IMG/VR virus record: IMGVR_UViG_3300010382_000023
Coordinates: 1-37,284 of that record
Direction: 5' to 3' (one strand)
DNA from: a virus
Taxonomy: Duplodnaviria; Caudoviricetes
DNA length: 37,284 nt
Under the pieces are notes generated by a model. The model ran no database searches, had not been told where the DNA came from, and worked only from the letters and a program-made list of their open reading frames with translations. How positions within the stretch are numbered: the first letter of the stretch is position 1; each line of letters opens with the position of its first letter. Positions 9,501-16,459 of this stretch are shown piece after piece. Made by a program: the position numbers and the translations under genes.

Positions 9501-12500
9501 ATCTACGTAATAGGTCCCATCTTTTTTCTGATGAATGGCCGGCATGGGATAACTAACTTCGATGCCCTCGCCAATATCAAAGGAAATACGCGAGTGTTCA
9601 ATATTTTCGTTGCTATTTTCGGTGGAATCGAGTACGCTAGTTATAAGGACGTCATCAGCACTCGCCTCGGGTAATTGTTTCCCGTTGGAAAGAAGCTGCC
9701 TGATGTCCTCATTATTTTTGTTGCTTTCTTCAGCGGCTTCGAATATACTTTTATTAGGATTTAGGTGGGCATGTAAAGTCCCGCCGTTTCCGATAAGGAT
9801 TTCGTTAGAATCCACCTCGGGTAATTGTTTCCCGCTGACCAGGATCTGATGATCGTCCTTATTTTTTTTGTTGCTATTTCCAGTGGAATTGAGTATATTA
9901 GTTATGAAGATGTCGTCAGTGCTCGCCTCGGGAAATGACTTCCCGTTGGAAAGAAGCTGCATGATGTCTTCATTTTTTCTGGTATACCGCGTGCCTCCAG
10001 CCTTTGCAAGAAGGCCTTTAAAATAATCGGCCTGAAAAACAGAGACAACTCTGGTTTCCATCTCAATAGCACCCTGAACATTAAGATGGAATGGAATAAT
10101 TATTGGTTTACCGCTTTGATCTTTCCATTCAGTTACTACTATATAACTCTTATATCCCCCCTTGTTTGGCTGTGGATTATCCATAATTGCAACCGGATCG
10201 TCTATCTGGAATGGTAATTGCTTTAACACCGACATTCCAAGGTTATGCTTCCCATTAAAATAGCTTAATGGATAGGCAATTTTCCTTGCCGTTGATTGTT
10301 CCATGTAAAGTGTACGGTCAGGAAAACCATTTTCAATCAGAATTCCCGGGGTCTTGCCGAGAATAACCATCTGGCCCGATGGTAACGAGCCATCGAAAAC
10401 ACCATCTATTTCTTGATGATACCGTCTAAGATTATCCTCGTCGGTAATAGGTAGAGTTTTTGCTTCTTCTCGACTTACTTCGCGCCCACCCACCCGCGAA
10501 TACTCGACCTTATTGTCCGTCCACCGGGGTGTTTGTAGATTTTTGGCATACGGCCCCATATTGACAGATTTGAAAAGGTCGAATATACTAATACTATCTA
10601 CACCACCCGCACCACCTGACGCGTTCTGCGTCGGCGAGTTCAGCAAAGCTTGCTTTGTTGACAGCGGGTGGTGATCTATTTTGCTCACATCCACGTCATC
10701 AACAGCATAGCCATGCATCCGGTCAACCGTATCGTTGAGAGACAGTTTCAGCGTGGTCTTTACTGCGTAATACCCTCCATCGTATTTAATGAGGTTTACT
10801 AGGTATGTAAATTCGCTGTTCTCCGACTTTTCCTTCCCCGATACAGCCCTTCCGAGATACTTTGATGCTTCAAGAATTTGTTTGTATTGCGGAAGAATAC
10901 GCAGAAGTAACGTTTGGTGCTGCGCATCGCCATGCCTTTGATAGATGACTTTGCGCATGCCTTGCTTATAGTCCAAGATTACCGGCATGTTAAGCTCCGC
11001 AATCGTCACGGTTTCATTTCGCGTCCCGCTTTTTAAAAAGGCGTCCGCTTCTCTCTGCATGGTCGGTATGCCTTGGGCGGTATATATCGTAGTTGGATTA
11101 ATTACCGTAGCATCTACCCGCTCGCCCTTCCAACGCTCCGCAGGAAATAAAACAGCCGCCGTCCGCGAATACTCCGGATCGCCCGTTGCTTTCAGGTTGT
11201 CCGTTATAGCCGTTGTGTCCTTTACGGCTTCTGTATAGAACGCACCGCGGTTTACGAGGGCTTGCCAGAAGGCACGCTGGAAGTCGTTTTTTATATCCGC
11301 GTTTACTCCGAACGGGCGCACAGCTCCACCTTTATTCGTGCTCCACCAAGCACCATACATATCCGCGATGAGTTCGCGTGACAAGTCAACATGCCCTTCG
11401 TCTGGCGAAGAGATGCGCTCCGAACGATAGGCGGCATATTCGCTCACGATATCCTCGCCCCGATTGCTGAACGCCTCAATGACCTTTTGTCCCGCGGCAT
11501 TGATCTCGGGGATGTTGTGGGCGGTTTCATGAGCAGCCACATGTATGGGGTCGGCGCTATTGAGATTCACAAAGATTCTTTGCCCGTCCGTGAACCCCTC
11601 GCTGAACACATCGTCCGATTCGTACAAAAAAACATCGAGGGCGTTGATTCCCGCGATGTCTGTTATATCTGCCAATGCCTCTGTCAGTTCGGGCGGCGCT
11701 TCGTCCACAAGCCTTGCCGTTGCCTGTTTGCCGTCCGGAGTGCGCTTGTCAGCGATGTATCGTTTCAAGACCCGATCGGCCTGTTTGCGGCTTACTTCTT
11801 GTGCTTCGTTTCGGCTATCGCTTCTTCGTACTCCCTCTTGGCCTTTTTGGCGTCCCTGTTCAATTGAACCAGTTCGTGCAGTTTCTTCTCGTAAGGCCCC
11901 TGCGGTGCGTTGCGATCCACTGCCAACACCGGCCGTATCGGACGGATATCCTGCTTCTCTTCCATGGCTTAACTCCCCCTCTCGGCCTTCGTTTCGGCTA
12001 CTGCCTCCTCGTACTCTTTCTTGGCTCGTTTGGCGTCTTTGTTGATCTGCGCCCACTCTCGCATCGCTTTCGCGTAGGGGCAAGTCGAGGGCTCCCCGGT
12101 CGGTCTGCCCACCGGGCGCGCGTAGTGCAGTTCCTGCTTCTCTTCCATGGCTTAACTCCCCCTCTCGGCCTTCGTTTCCGCTATCGCTTCGTTGTATTCT
12201 TTCAGTGCTTGCTTCGCGTCCCGGTTGAGTTGCATCAGGTCGCGCAAGCCTTGCGCTTCCACCGACAGAGGCCGTTTCTCGCCCGTGCGTGGAATCTTTC
12301 CCAATATCGGTTGTATCAGCCGGATTCCCTGTTTTTCTTCCACCGTTTATCCCTCCTGCTTCTTGGTTAGTTCCTCGTACTCCGAGAGCACTTGCCGCGC
12401 TTCTTTGTCCAGTTGAAACAGATCTCTCAGTCCCTGTTCTTCCGGCGACAGAGGCCGCTTCTCGCCCGTCCGGGGAATTTTCGCCAATACTGAGCCGATT

Positions 12501-15308
12501 TCCCTGATTTTCCGTCCTTCCAACGTTTATTCCTCCTGCGGTCGTTCGGATGGCCTGTGCACTTCGCTGTACGCCGCTCTGCGCGGCTTCGCTTTGCTTG
12601 ATTATACTTTGTTCCTGCTGGATTTTCAAGGTCTGCGCGGCCTCTACAACGCCGTTTCGCAGACCTTTGAGCCTGTTTTCCGTCTTGATCTTCGCTGCGC
12701 CGTTCTTGGCGTTGGCAATCTCAACCTTTTGCAGGTATTTTGCTTTTGCCGCATTGAACGCCGCCTCGTCGCCCTTTTGCATGGCCGTGGTCATGGCGTC
12801 ATAGGAAGTCTGCAGGTCGGCCTTAAGTTCCATCTTGGCAATGTTGAAATCGGCATTTACTTCCGCAATCTGCGCTGTGGCCGTCTGGATGGTGTTTTGG
12901 AACTTCATCGCCGCCTGCGGATCGCTGCGCACCGCCGCCGCGTATGCCTCTGTAACGGCTTGTACGGCGGCTTCGTTCATACCCATATTCTGCGCCGCCG
13001 CGACAACTTCCGCGACTTGGGCGGTCTGCTGCTGGGTCAGCGGGGCCGCTGCGGGCGTTTCCGTGTTCACGAGCGCTTCCATGGGTGCACCCTGCGCAAT
13101 CGCCTGCGCGATCGCTTCCTGCGCCGCTTCCGATATACCGGGTGCAGCAGTGGGAATGGCGGCATTTTGCGGTGCCACTTGTTCGGTGGGCACGCCCGTC
13201 AAACCGCCCACGTTTGGCGCGGTGTTGGGCTGCACAGGAGAAGCCGCCCCCATAACGGCGGGCATTCCGGATGTATCTCCGGAATAAGCCCCGGTTCCCC
13301 CCGCTAACCCGCTTTTTATCATCCTGATCTGCTCATCAACGGCATCTAGTCCTTGGAGGACTTCGTTTATAAACGATTGCTGACCCGCATAATAGTGCTG
13401 CGAGATCGCGCCACGGATGGTTTTATTGTATTCGAGAATCTTTTCAAGAGCAGCAGCCCTTTGAGCGGGGGTCATGTTTTCATTCAACGTTGCCTGATAA
13501 TCGCGGCGCATTTGTTCGACCGCGTTTTCAAGATAAGCTTTATTCTGCTTTGTGACCTGCGCAGTATTCACCGCCGAGGTAATCGCCGAAAACAGGAACG
13601 AAACCGCGATATCCTGTGCAATTTGCTCTTTCGACGGGCGGCTTCCTTCGGGATACAGCCAATAAGTTGATGTGATTCTCCCAGCGGCAAAAGCGGTTCC
13701 GGAAAGCGTCTGCCGCAAGGCTTCCGCGAACGGCGTCTGTAAGCCATACTTGACAAGGATGGATTTTCCGAGATCGCCTACAACGATTCCCGCGATGCTC
13801 CCCGCTGCGCCGCCAACGGTGTTTATGCCCGCCTGTTTTAGCACGTTGCTTACCTGATCCCACGCGCTGTATTCAATAGGCTCGTACATATAGCCCTGTT
13901 CAAGGTAATAATCCTTCTTCGCCTGTTCGAGCTGGTTCCACTCATCGCGCGTTACGGTATTAGTCATTCCCTGATACGCTCCCTGCGCGCCGAATGTAAG
14001 GCTGTTAATAATCACTTTCTGTAGGGCCGGGGCCACTTTAGAAAGCCACGGAATCGCTTCTTGCAGCGCCGCTATACCGCCCCCTATGGCATCGCCCATC
14101 ATAAGCAAAGAAGTAAGATCACCTGTTACATTTCCGGCAGCGTATGCTCCTTCGTTCGCGGTCTTTATCTCGGCGAATTGCTCCTGAATGCTTTTGCTCG
14201 CTTCTGTCCTTGTTCCCTTTGCGGCAAGGTCGAAACCCTTATCCATGAGCCAATCGATTCCAAAGGCCTCCGCAAAACCGGCCCCAAAGCCCGCGCCCCA
14301 ATTCGATTTATTTTGAAGATTAATATAAACATTCTGGATTTCAGCCGGCATATTCGTATAAAAAACATCGCCCTGATCCACCACGGAATACTTACCCTGC
14401 ATTGCCTTAAGAGCGGCTTTTGCTTCGCGCTTTTCGTCCCCAGTAAGCGTATCCTTCTGCGAAAGTTCAACATACCTTGTCCAGTTATCGCCGAAGTTTC
14501 TGTGTCCTTCACTACTCTTGGCGATAAACGCGGCCTGTGCCGCTGCTTCCCGCTGTTTTTTCGCTTCCAACTCTGCAAGCTGCGCCTGATATTGCTCGTA
14601 TTCCTTCTGCTGTCCCCTCGCGATGCGCTGATGCTCCCAGCCGGAACGGGCGGCAGCATAAGCCTGACGCTCGGCGGCATACTTTTTCAGAAGGTCATCA
14701 TATGTTACGCCTTTTGTGTAGTCCTCGGTATACTTTCCTGCCACGGCTTCCTGTGTGGCTTTCAGCTTTTCCTCATCGAGCGCGCCCGAGTACGCGTCAA
14801 CTCCCTTCCATGCGGAAAGAACCGCGTCGGTGTACTCCTTCTGCTTCGCTTCCGTGGCAAGCGCGCCCTGCGCGTCGTAATAGTATTTTGAAAACTGCGA
14901 GTACGAAGGGAGTCCTTGCGAAAGAAGATAAAGATCGATATCGCTATCGGTATATTTGGATGCATACGAAACAGGCATATACCCGGCGGCCTTACGCGCC
15001 GTATCGATCTGATCGAGTACATTATAAGCGTCAGCCCATCCGGACTGATAATTCGACTTCACGCGATCCAAAACGTTCTGGTCAAGACCGGACAAATCGA
15101 TGGCAGGGGTTTCAGAAGCAAAGGTGAACTTGTCACCGTCACGTCTTAATTTTCCTGTTCCGCTCTTGACATAATTATAGAAATTCTTATATAGAGCACT
15201 TATTTCGGCGGAGCTATACGCTGCTGTGGCTGATGGAGTTTTTCCGTTTTTCCGCCAATCATCAAAACCTTGAAAAGCTTCAATAAAATCTCTTTTTGCG
15301 TCCGCCAT
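6504..15308 (-). CDS. Large polyvalent protein, probable virion ejection protein: Gly/Ala-rich hydrophobic helices, HExxH metallopeptidase, LPD3-like and MuF-C/PBECR-like domains, helical C-terminus
   Basis: 2934 aa at the position of podovirus internal proteins; HETAH at 11517-11531; YLVNLIKYDGGYYAVKTTLK...MHGYAV (LPD3-like, ~10690-11100); LGKTPGIL...HNLGMSVLKQLPFQIDDPVAIM (MuF-C-like, ~9985-10450). Confidence 0.8.
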   Translation of the reverse strand: MADAKRDFIEAFQGFDDWRKNGKTPSATAAYSSAEISALYKNFYNYVKSGTGKLRRDGDKFTFASETPAIDLSGLDQNVLDRVKSNYQSGWADAYNVLDQIDTARKAAGYMPVSYASKYTDSDIDLYLLSQGLPSYSQFSKYYYDAQGALATEAKQKEYTDAVLSAWKGVDAYSGALDEEKLKATQEAVAGKYTEDYTKGVTYDDLLKKYAAERQAYAAARSGWEHQRIARGQQKEYEQYQAQLAELEAKKQREAAAQAAFIAKSSEGHRNFGDNWTRYVELSQKDTLTGDEKREAKAALKAMQGKYSVVDQGDVFYTNMPAEIQNVYINLQNKSNWGAGFGAGFAEAFGIDWLMDKGFDLAAKGTRTEASKSIQEQFAEIKTANEGAYAAGNVTGDLTSLLMMGDAIGGGIAALQEAIPWLSKVAPALQKVIINSLTFGAQGAYQGMTNTVTRDEWNQLEQAKKDYYLEQGYMYEPIEYSAWDQVSNVLKQAGINTVGGAAGSIAGIVVGDLGKSILVKYGLQTPFAEALRQTLSGTAFAAGRITSTYWLYPEGSRPSKEQIAQDIAVSFLFSAITSAVNTAQVTKQNKAYLENAVEQMRRDYQATLNENMTPAQRAAALEKILEYNKTIRGAISQHYYAGQQSFINEVLQGLDAVDEQIRMIKSGLAGGTGAYSGDTSGMPAVMGAASPVQPNTAPNVGGLTGVPTEQVAPQNAAIPTAAPGISEAAQEAIAQAIAQGAPMEALVNTETPAAAPLTQQQTAQVAEVVAAAQNMGMNEAAVQAVTEAYAAAVRSDPQAAMKFQNTIQTATAQIAEVNADFNIAKMELKADLQTSYDAMTTAMQKGDEAAFNAAKAKYLQKVEIANAKNGAAKIKTENRLKGLRNGVVEAAQTLKIQQEQSIIKQSEAAQSGVQRSAQAIRTTAGGINVGRTENQGNRLSIGENSPDGREAASVAGRTGTERSVSTGQRSAASALGVRGTNQEAGGINGGRKTGNPADTTDIGKDSTHGRETASVGGSARLARPDATQPGREASTERIQRSDSGNEGREGELSHGREAGTALRAPGGQTDRGALDLPLRESDARVGADQQRRQTSQERVRGGSSRNEGREGELSHGREAGYPSDTAGVGSGSQRTAGALREETARTGSIEQGRQKGQEGVRRSDSRNEAQEVSRKQADRVLKRYIADKRTPDGKQATARLVDEAPPELTEALADITDIAGINALDVFLYESDDVFSEGFTDGQRIFVNLNSADPIHVAAHETAHNIPEINAAGQKVIEAFSNRGEDIVSEYAAYRSERISSPDEGHVDLSRELIADMYGAWWSTNKGGAVRPFGVNADIKNDFQRAFWQALVNRGAFYTEAVKDTTAITDNLKATGDPEYSRTAAVLFPAERWKGERVDATVINPTTIYTAQGIPTMQREADAFLKSGTRNETVTIAELNMPVILDYKQGMRKVIYQRHGDAQHQTLLLRILPQYKQILEASKYLGRAVSGKEKSENSEFTYLVNLIKYDGGYYAVKTTLKLSLNDTVDRMHGYAVDDVDVSKIDHHPLSTKQALLNSPTQNASGGAGGVDSISIFDLFKSVNMGPYAKNLQTPRWTDNKVEYSRVGGREVSREEAKTLPITDEDNLRRYHQEIDGVFDGSLPSGQMVILGKTPGILIENGFPDRTLYMEQSTARKIAYPLSYFNGKHNLGMSVLKQLPFQIDDPVAIMDNPQPNKGGYKSYIVVTEWKDQSGKPIIIPFHLNVQGAIEMETRVVSVFQADYFKGLLAKAGGTRYTRKNEDIMQLLSNGKSFPEASTDDIFITNILNSTGNSNKKNKDDHQILVSGKQLPEVDSNEILIGNGGTLHAHLNPNKSIFEAAEESNKNNEDIRQLLSNGKQLPEASADDVLITSVLDSTENSNENIEHSRISFDIGEGIEVSYPMPAIHQKKDGTYYVDTTIDGEKQRLTGSDRAELEKQVQTLKQEQRMKTLGREIKQLREVQRLYRERISVAEYYQQGGADHEVALALRGMYLANGFNQGGMINSVELDKLLENVKLWNEPSVIGEVGKQLALTFSFPARIWEDVANWRDTKTSEGRAGNYLEGNRLRDTYLGYLKDQGAAATLWENAETAKVLEAFDGKQSTSTLAQMLGEGIIAEKDAANAIYGKKNMVVKTENGVFLFDKRGQLVALSSGNELLMFDSKYRAQQRKAEIAAAKEASKRKRGQPNEEYYKGIREAYLSALNNAKPTSTQGNLIIQQRGNVTTVYAGMNALAVIEDGQKPNMEDVKKLKDALVDFYARVLPMQNGSLTENGYSPIPMRQEYFHHIGREAYGPQDFIDIIKGEAQKLPSSIAGLTASFSPGRQFVSHMLERMGDLTEYDAIRGFNRYLQGASSLIYMTPVIQRHRQLEKYLRENSGGSKNSALITWLHDYTNQLANKKPDLDRALEAAAGREIYTISDKLTGTVGGAAVAGNISVGLSNLISLFSSVPGLQAKQIPIAILNTFQNGIFKNEDGFTEKIPTLARRLEQNEKIIISKVDRVKRGLGNFLGWWFEVTDRIGTITVARAKYGELMEKGYTPEDAIRETDDFLVKMFADRNKGTVPLIFTARAARPWMQFMLEGWNQMFHFRDLSRQAIGEQIYAIEQRNGGTTEGIDWDAPEKKIKGMPPETIWRVLLYMVLMFGWNKFKRWLIGGGDQAFSPIDIAINIATADDAGAAISDTVEQLPFGSVWSGGRTPLASNVSDLWRFVTSLADSKKDVGSLMTEAAYIALGFFPWGGGQIKKTAWGVDTVFVKGDYYADDGRLRYPAEPDWHNYFKILLNGPSSILPKGYSYSKDTLTQSQTEKYQAAVAQGIDKMEAYYLLKDLDGNTNAGKLTSIVGLDRDKDGKSDLSPSEMNIMAAVIGVKIPEGKTVPQQARALANEYIEKKRADDGLSVEQRKAAEAYYDTMLRILGMKK
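9610..9719 (+). ncRNA. Embedded antisense sRNA unit 1 (promoter, long hairpin, T-run)
   Basis: TTGCTA-N17-TACGCT; stem AGGACGTCA/TGATGTCCT; apical CGGGTAATTGTTTCCCG. Confidence 0.6.
9721..9869 (+). ncRNA. Embedded antisense sRNA unit 2
   Basis: TTGCTT-N17-TATACT; extra 5' hairpin; stem ATAAGGAT/GTCCTTAT plus T8; same apical CGGGTAATTGTTTCCCG. Confidence 0.65.
9871..9978 (+). ncRNA. Embedded antisense sRNA unit 3 (adjacent to the MuF-C-like domain)
   Basis: TTGCTA-N17-TATATT; 13-bp stem ATGAAGATGTCGT/ATGATGTCTTCAT plus T-run; apical CGGGAAATGACTTCCCG. Confidence 0.65.
10561..10682 (+). ncRNA. Embedded antisense three-way-junction sRNA adjacent to the LPD3-like domain
   Basis: TTGACA-N17-TATACT; perfect 10-bp closing stem CACCACCCGC/GCGGGTGGTG enclosing two hairpins, one with a G(CUUG)C tetraloop. 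Confidence 0.7.
11792..11965 (-). CDS. Overprinted small protein D (57 aa, +1 frame inside the polyvalent gene)
   Basis: MEEKQDIRPIRPVLAVDRNAPQGPYEKKLHELVQLNRDAKKAKREYEEAIAETKHKK; ATG after GAGGGGGAG; paralog of A-C. Confidence 0.75.
   Translation of the reverse strand: MEEKQDIRPIRPVLAVDRNAPQGPYEKKLHELVQLNRDAKKAKREYEEAIAETKHKK
11969..12148 (-). CDS. Overprinted small protein C (59 aa)
   Basis: MEEKQELHYARPVGRPTGEPSTCPYAKAMREWAQINKDAKRAKKEYEEAVAETKAERGS; ATG after GAGGGGGAG. Confidence 0.75.
   Translation of the reverse strand: MEEKQELHYARPVGRPTGEPSTCPYAKAMREWAQINKDAKRAKKEYEEAVAETKAERGS
12152..12343 (-). CDS. Overprinted small protein B (63 aa)
   Basis: ORF-track entry MEEKQGIRLIQPILGKIPRTGEKRPLSVEAQGLRDLMQLNRDAKQALKEYNEAIAETKAERGS; GTG after AGGAGG. 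Confidence 0.75.
   Translation of the reverse strand: MEEKQGIRLIQPILGKIPRTGEKRPLSVEAQGLRDLMQLNRDAKQALKEYNEAIAETKAERGS
12347..12523 (-). CDS. Overprinted small protein A (58 aa)
   Basis: MEGRKIREIGSVLAKIPRTGEKRPLSPEEQGLRDLFQLDKEARQVLSEYEELTKKQEG; TTG after AGGAGG (12532-12537). Confidence 0.75.
   Translation of the reverse strand: MEGRKIREIGSVLAKIPRTGEKRPLSPEEQGLRDLFQLDKEARQVLSEYEELTKKQEG
12601..12629 (-). promoter_or_regulatory. Internal sigmaA promoter upstream of the overprinted gene array
   Basis: TTGAAA(12629-12624)-N17-TATAAT(12606-12601), about 80 nt before ORF A. Confidence 0.75.
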
Positions 15309-15326
15309 ATCATATCTCCTTTGTAG

Positions 15327-16103
15327 TTACTTAACCCCCGGAACCGACAAGAGATTTTTACCACTTGCGCCGCCAATATACGGAACGTTCTTTTTATTGA
15401 GGGGCGGCAGATCCGGCTTGACCTTAGGCTTTAGGTCTTGGATACTAGCCAACAATGCCGCGAGTTGCGCCGCCCAGTCTATACCACCACCGCCAGAACT
15501 TGCCTTGTTCTGCGCGTAGAAACTGCCCGCCAGCGAAAGCGCCTGAGAAAGCGCGTTATTCTGCATGGCCGCGTTGTATTGCTGGGCTGTGAGTTGGTTT
15601 TGCTTCTCCTGTGCGAGCGCCGCCGCGATCTGCTGCGCGAGCGTTGCGCTATAATTGGATTCCATCGTCGCCACGTCCGAAGCTTCGTAGTTCTGCTGGC
15701 GGTTCTTCACGTCGGTTACCCATGTGCTTGCACCCATGCCCCGCGCCGCCGCGTCCGCGTCGATGTTGGCCTTGTTCGTGACCGTTTGCTTCCCGCGGTT
15801 GACGATTGCCTGATCCACCGCCGGGCGAAGGTACGAAGCGATGTTATTCTTAATCGTCGCCTCGTCTGTCGGGGCATAACTGATCGACGGCATATACGCG
15901 CCGATCATAGAGTAAAGATCATCAAACATAGAAGAAAACTCGGACGGCACCGAGGAACCGTTGGCCTTATCATATGCCGCCTGCGTCTGAGGCCCCCACA
16001 TGCCGTCTGTCTTAACGCCAAGCTTCTGTTGCAGAGCCTTGACCTGTTCCGCGTTGCTAATGTCGGACGGTGGTGTATAGCCCGGAAGATAGTAACTTGC
16101 CAT
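15327..16103 (-). CDS. Putative internal virion/ejection protein with N-terminal PG-binding domain
   Basis: VKALQQKLGVKTDGMWGPQTQAA; Q/A/N-rich helical body; directly precedes the giant gene. Confidence 0.65.
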   Translation of the reverse strand: MASYYLPGYTPPSDISNAEQVKALQQKLGVKTDGMWGPQTQAAYDKANGSSVPSEFSSMFDDLYSMIGAYMPSISYAPTDEATIKNNIASYLRPAVDQAIVNRGKQTVTNKANIDADAAARGMGASTWVTDVKNRQQNYEASDVATMESNYSATLAQQIAAALAQEKQNQLTAQQYNAAMQNNALSQALSLAGSFYAQNKASSGGGGIDWAAQLAALLASIQDLKPKVKPDLPPLNKKNVPYIGGASGKNLLSVPGVK

Positions 16104-16130
16104 TGCTGTATCTCCTTAAAATGGTATAAT
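16103..16130 (+). promoter_or_regulatory. Promoter of the solitary CRISPR repeat RNA
   Basis: TTGCTG-N16-TATAAT with extended TGn; -10 at 16125-16130, 13 nt before the repeat. Confidence 0.7.
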
Positions 16131-16143
16131 TTATACAGTAACC

Positions 16144-16175
16144 GTCGCGTGCTACGTGCGCGCGTGGATTGAAAT
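16144..16175 (+). CRISPR. Solitary type I-C CRISPR repeat unit (candidate RNA anti-CRISPR or mini-array)
   Basis: GTCGCGTGCTACGTGCGCGCGTGGATTGAAAT: 32 nt, 7-bp stem at positions 3-9/15-21, canonical 11-nt TGGATTGAAAT handle; no cas genes in the window. Confidence 0.85.
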
Positions 16176-16222
16176 ACCTTATCGCTGTTTGTCACGTCAC
16201 TCGGCGACATGCGCACGAATGG

Positions 16223-16256
16223 AAAACCGGCAGCTAAAAACAGTTTCCGGTTTTTT
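16223..16256 (+). terminator. Terminator closing the repeat-containing RNA (possibly bidirectional)
   Basis: AAAACCGG...CCGGTTTTTT. Confidence 0.7.
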
Positions 16257-16458
16257 ATTTTGCTTCTAGAGTAGTTATGCGGGAAAGAAGATCGTTGTGA
16301 GCCGATAACAGTTCGGCATAGGCGTTAAATAGCGTGTTGAAATTCTGATTCAATGCGTTTTCGTTTTGGGAAACGCTTGTATCGTATTCCTCTGCATCTT
16401 CGTCGCGCTTTGACTTAGGTAGATATACGGGAAGTTGTGTTTGCAATTCGTTCGCCAT
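16255..16458 (-). CDS. Small coiled-coil tail-region protein
   Basis: 67 aa, 1 nt after the stop of the upstream tail gene. Confidence 0.6.
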   Translation of the reverse strand: MANELQTQLPVYLPKSKRDEDAEEYDTSVSQNENALNQNFNTLFNAYAELLSAHNDLLSRITTLEAK

Positions 16459-16459
16459 G

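Noticed and set aside
9660-9950. Apical hairpins of the sRNA units as true tRNA anticodon arms or tRNA genes
   Set aside because: No D or T arm motifs, no U33-type loop and no CCA
15166-15195. Further antisense promoter (TTGACA) near the start of the giant gene
   Set aside because: No good -10 at 16-18 nt spacing and no clear downstream hairpin or terminator
16176-16210. Self-targeting protospacer for the sequence following the CRISPR repeat
   Set aside because: Only a 10-nt partial match (AACAGCGATA at 7921) was seen by eye; not significant, and the search was not exhaustive
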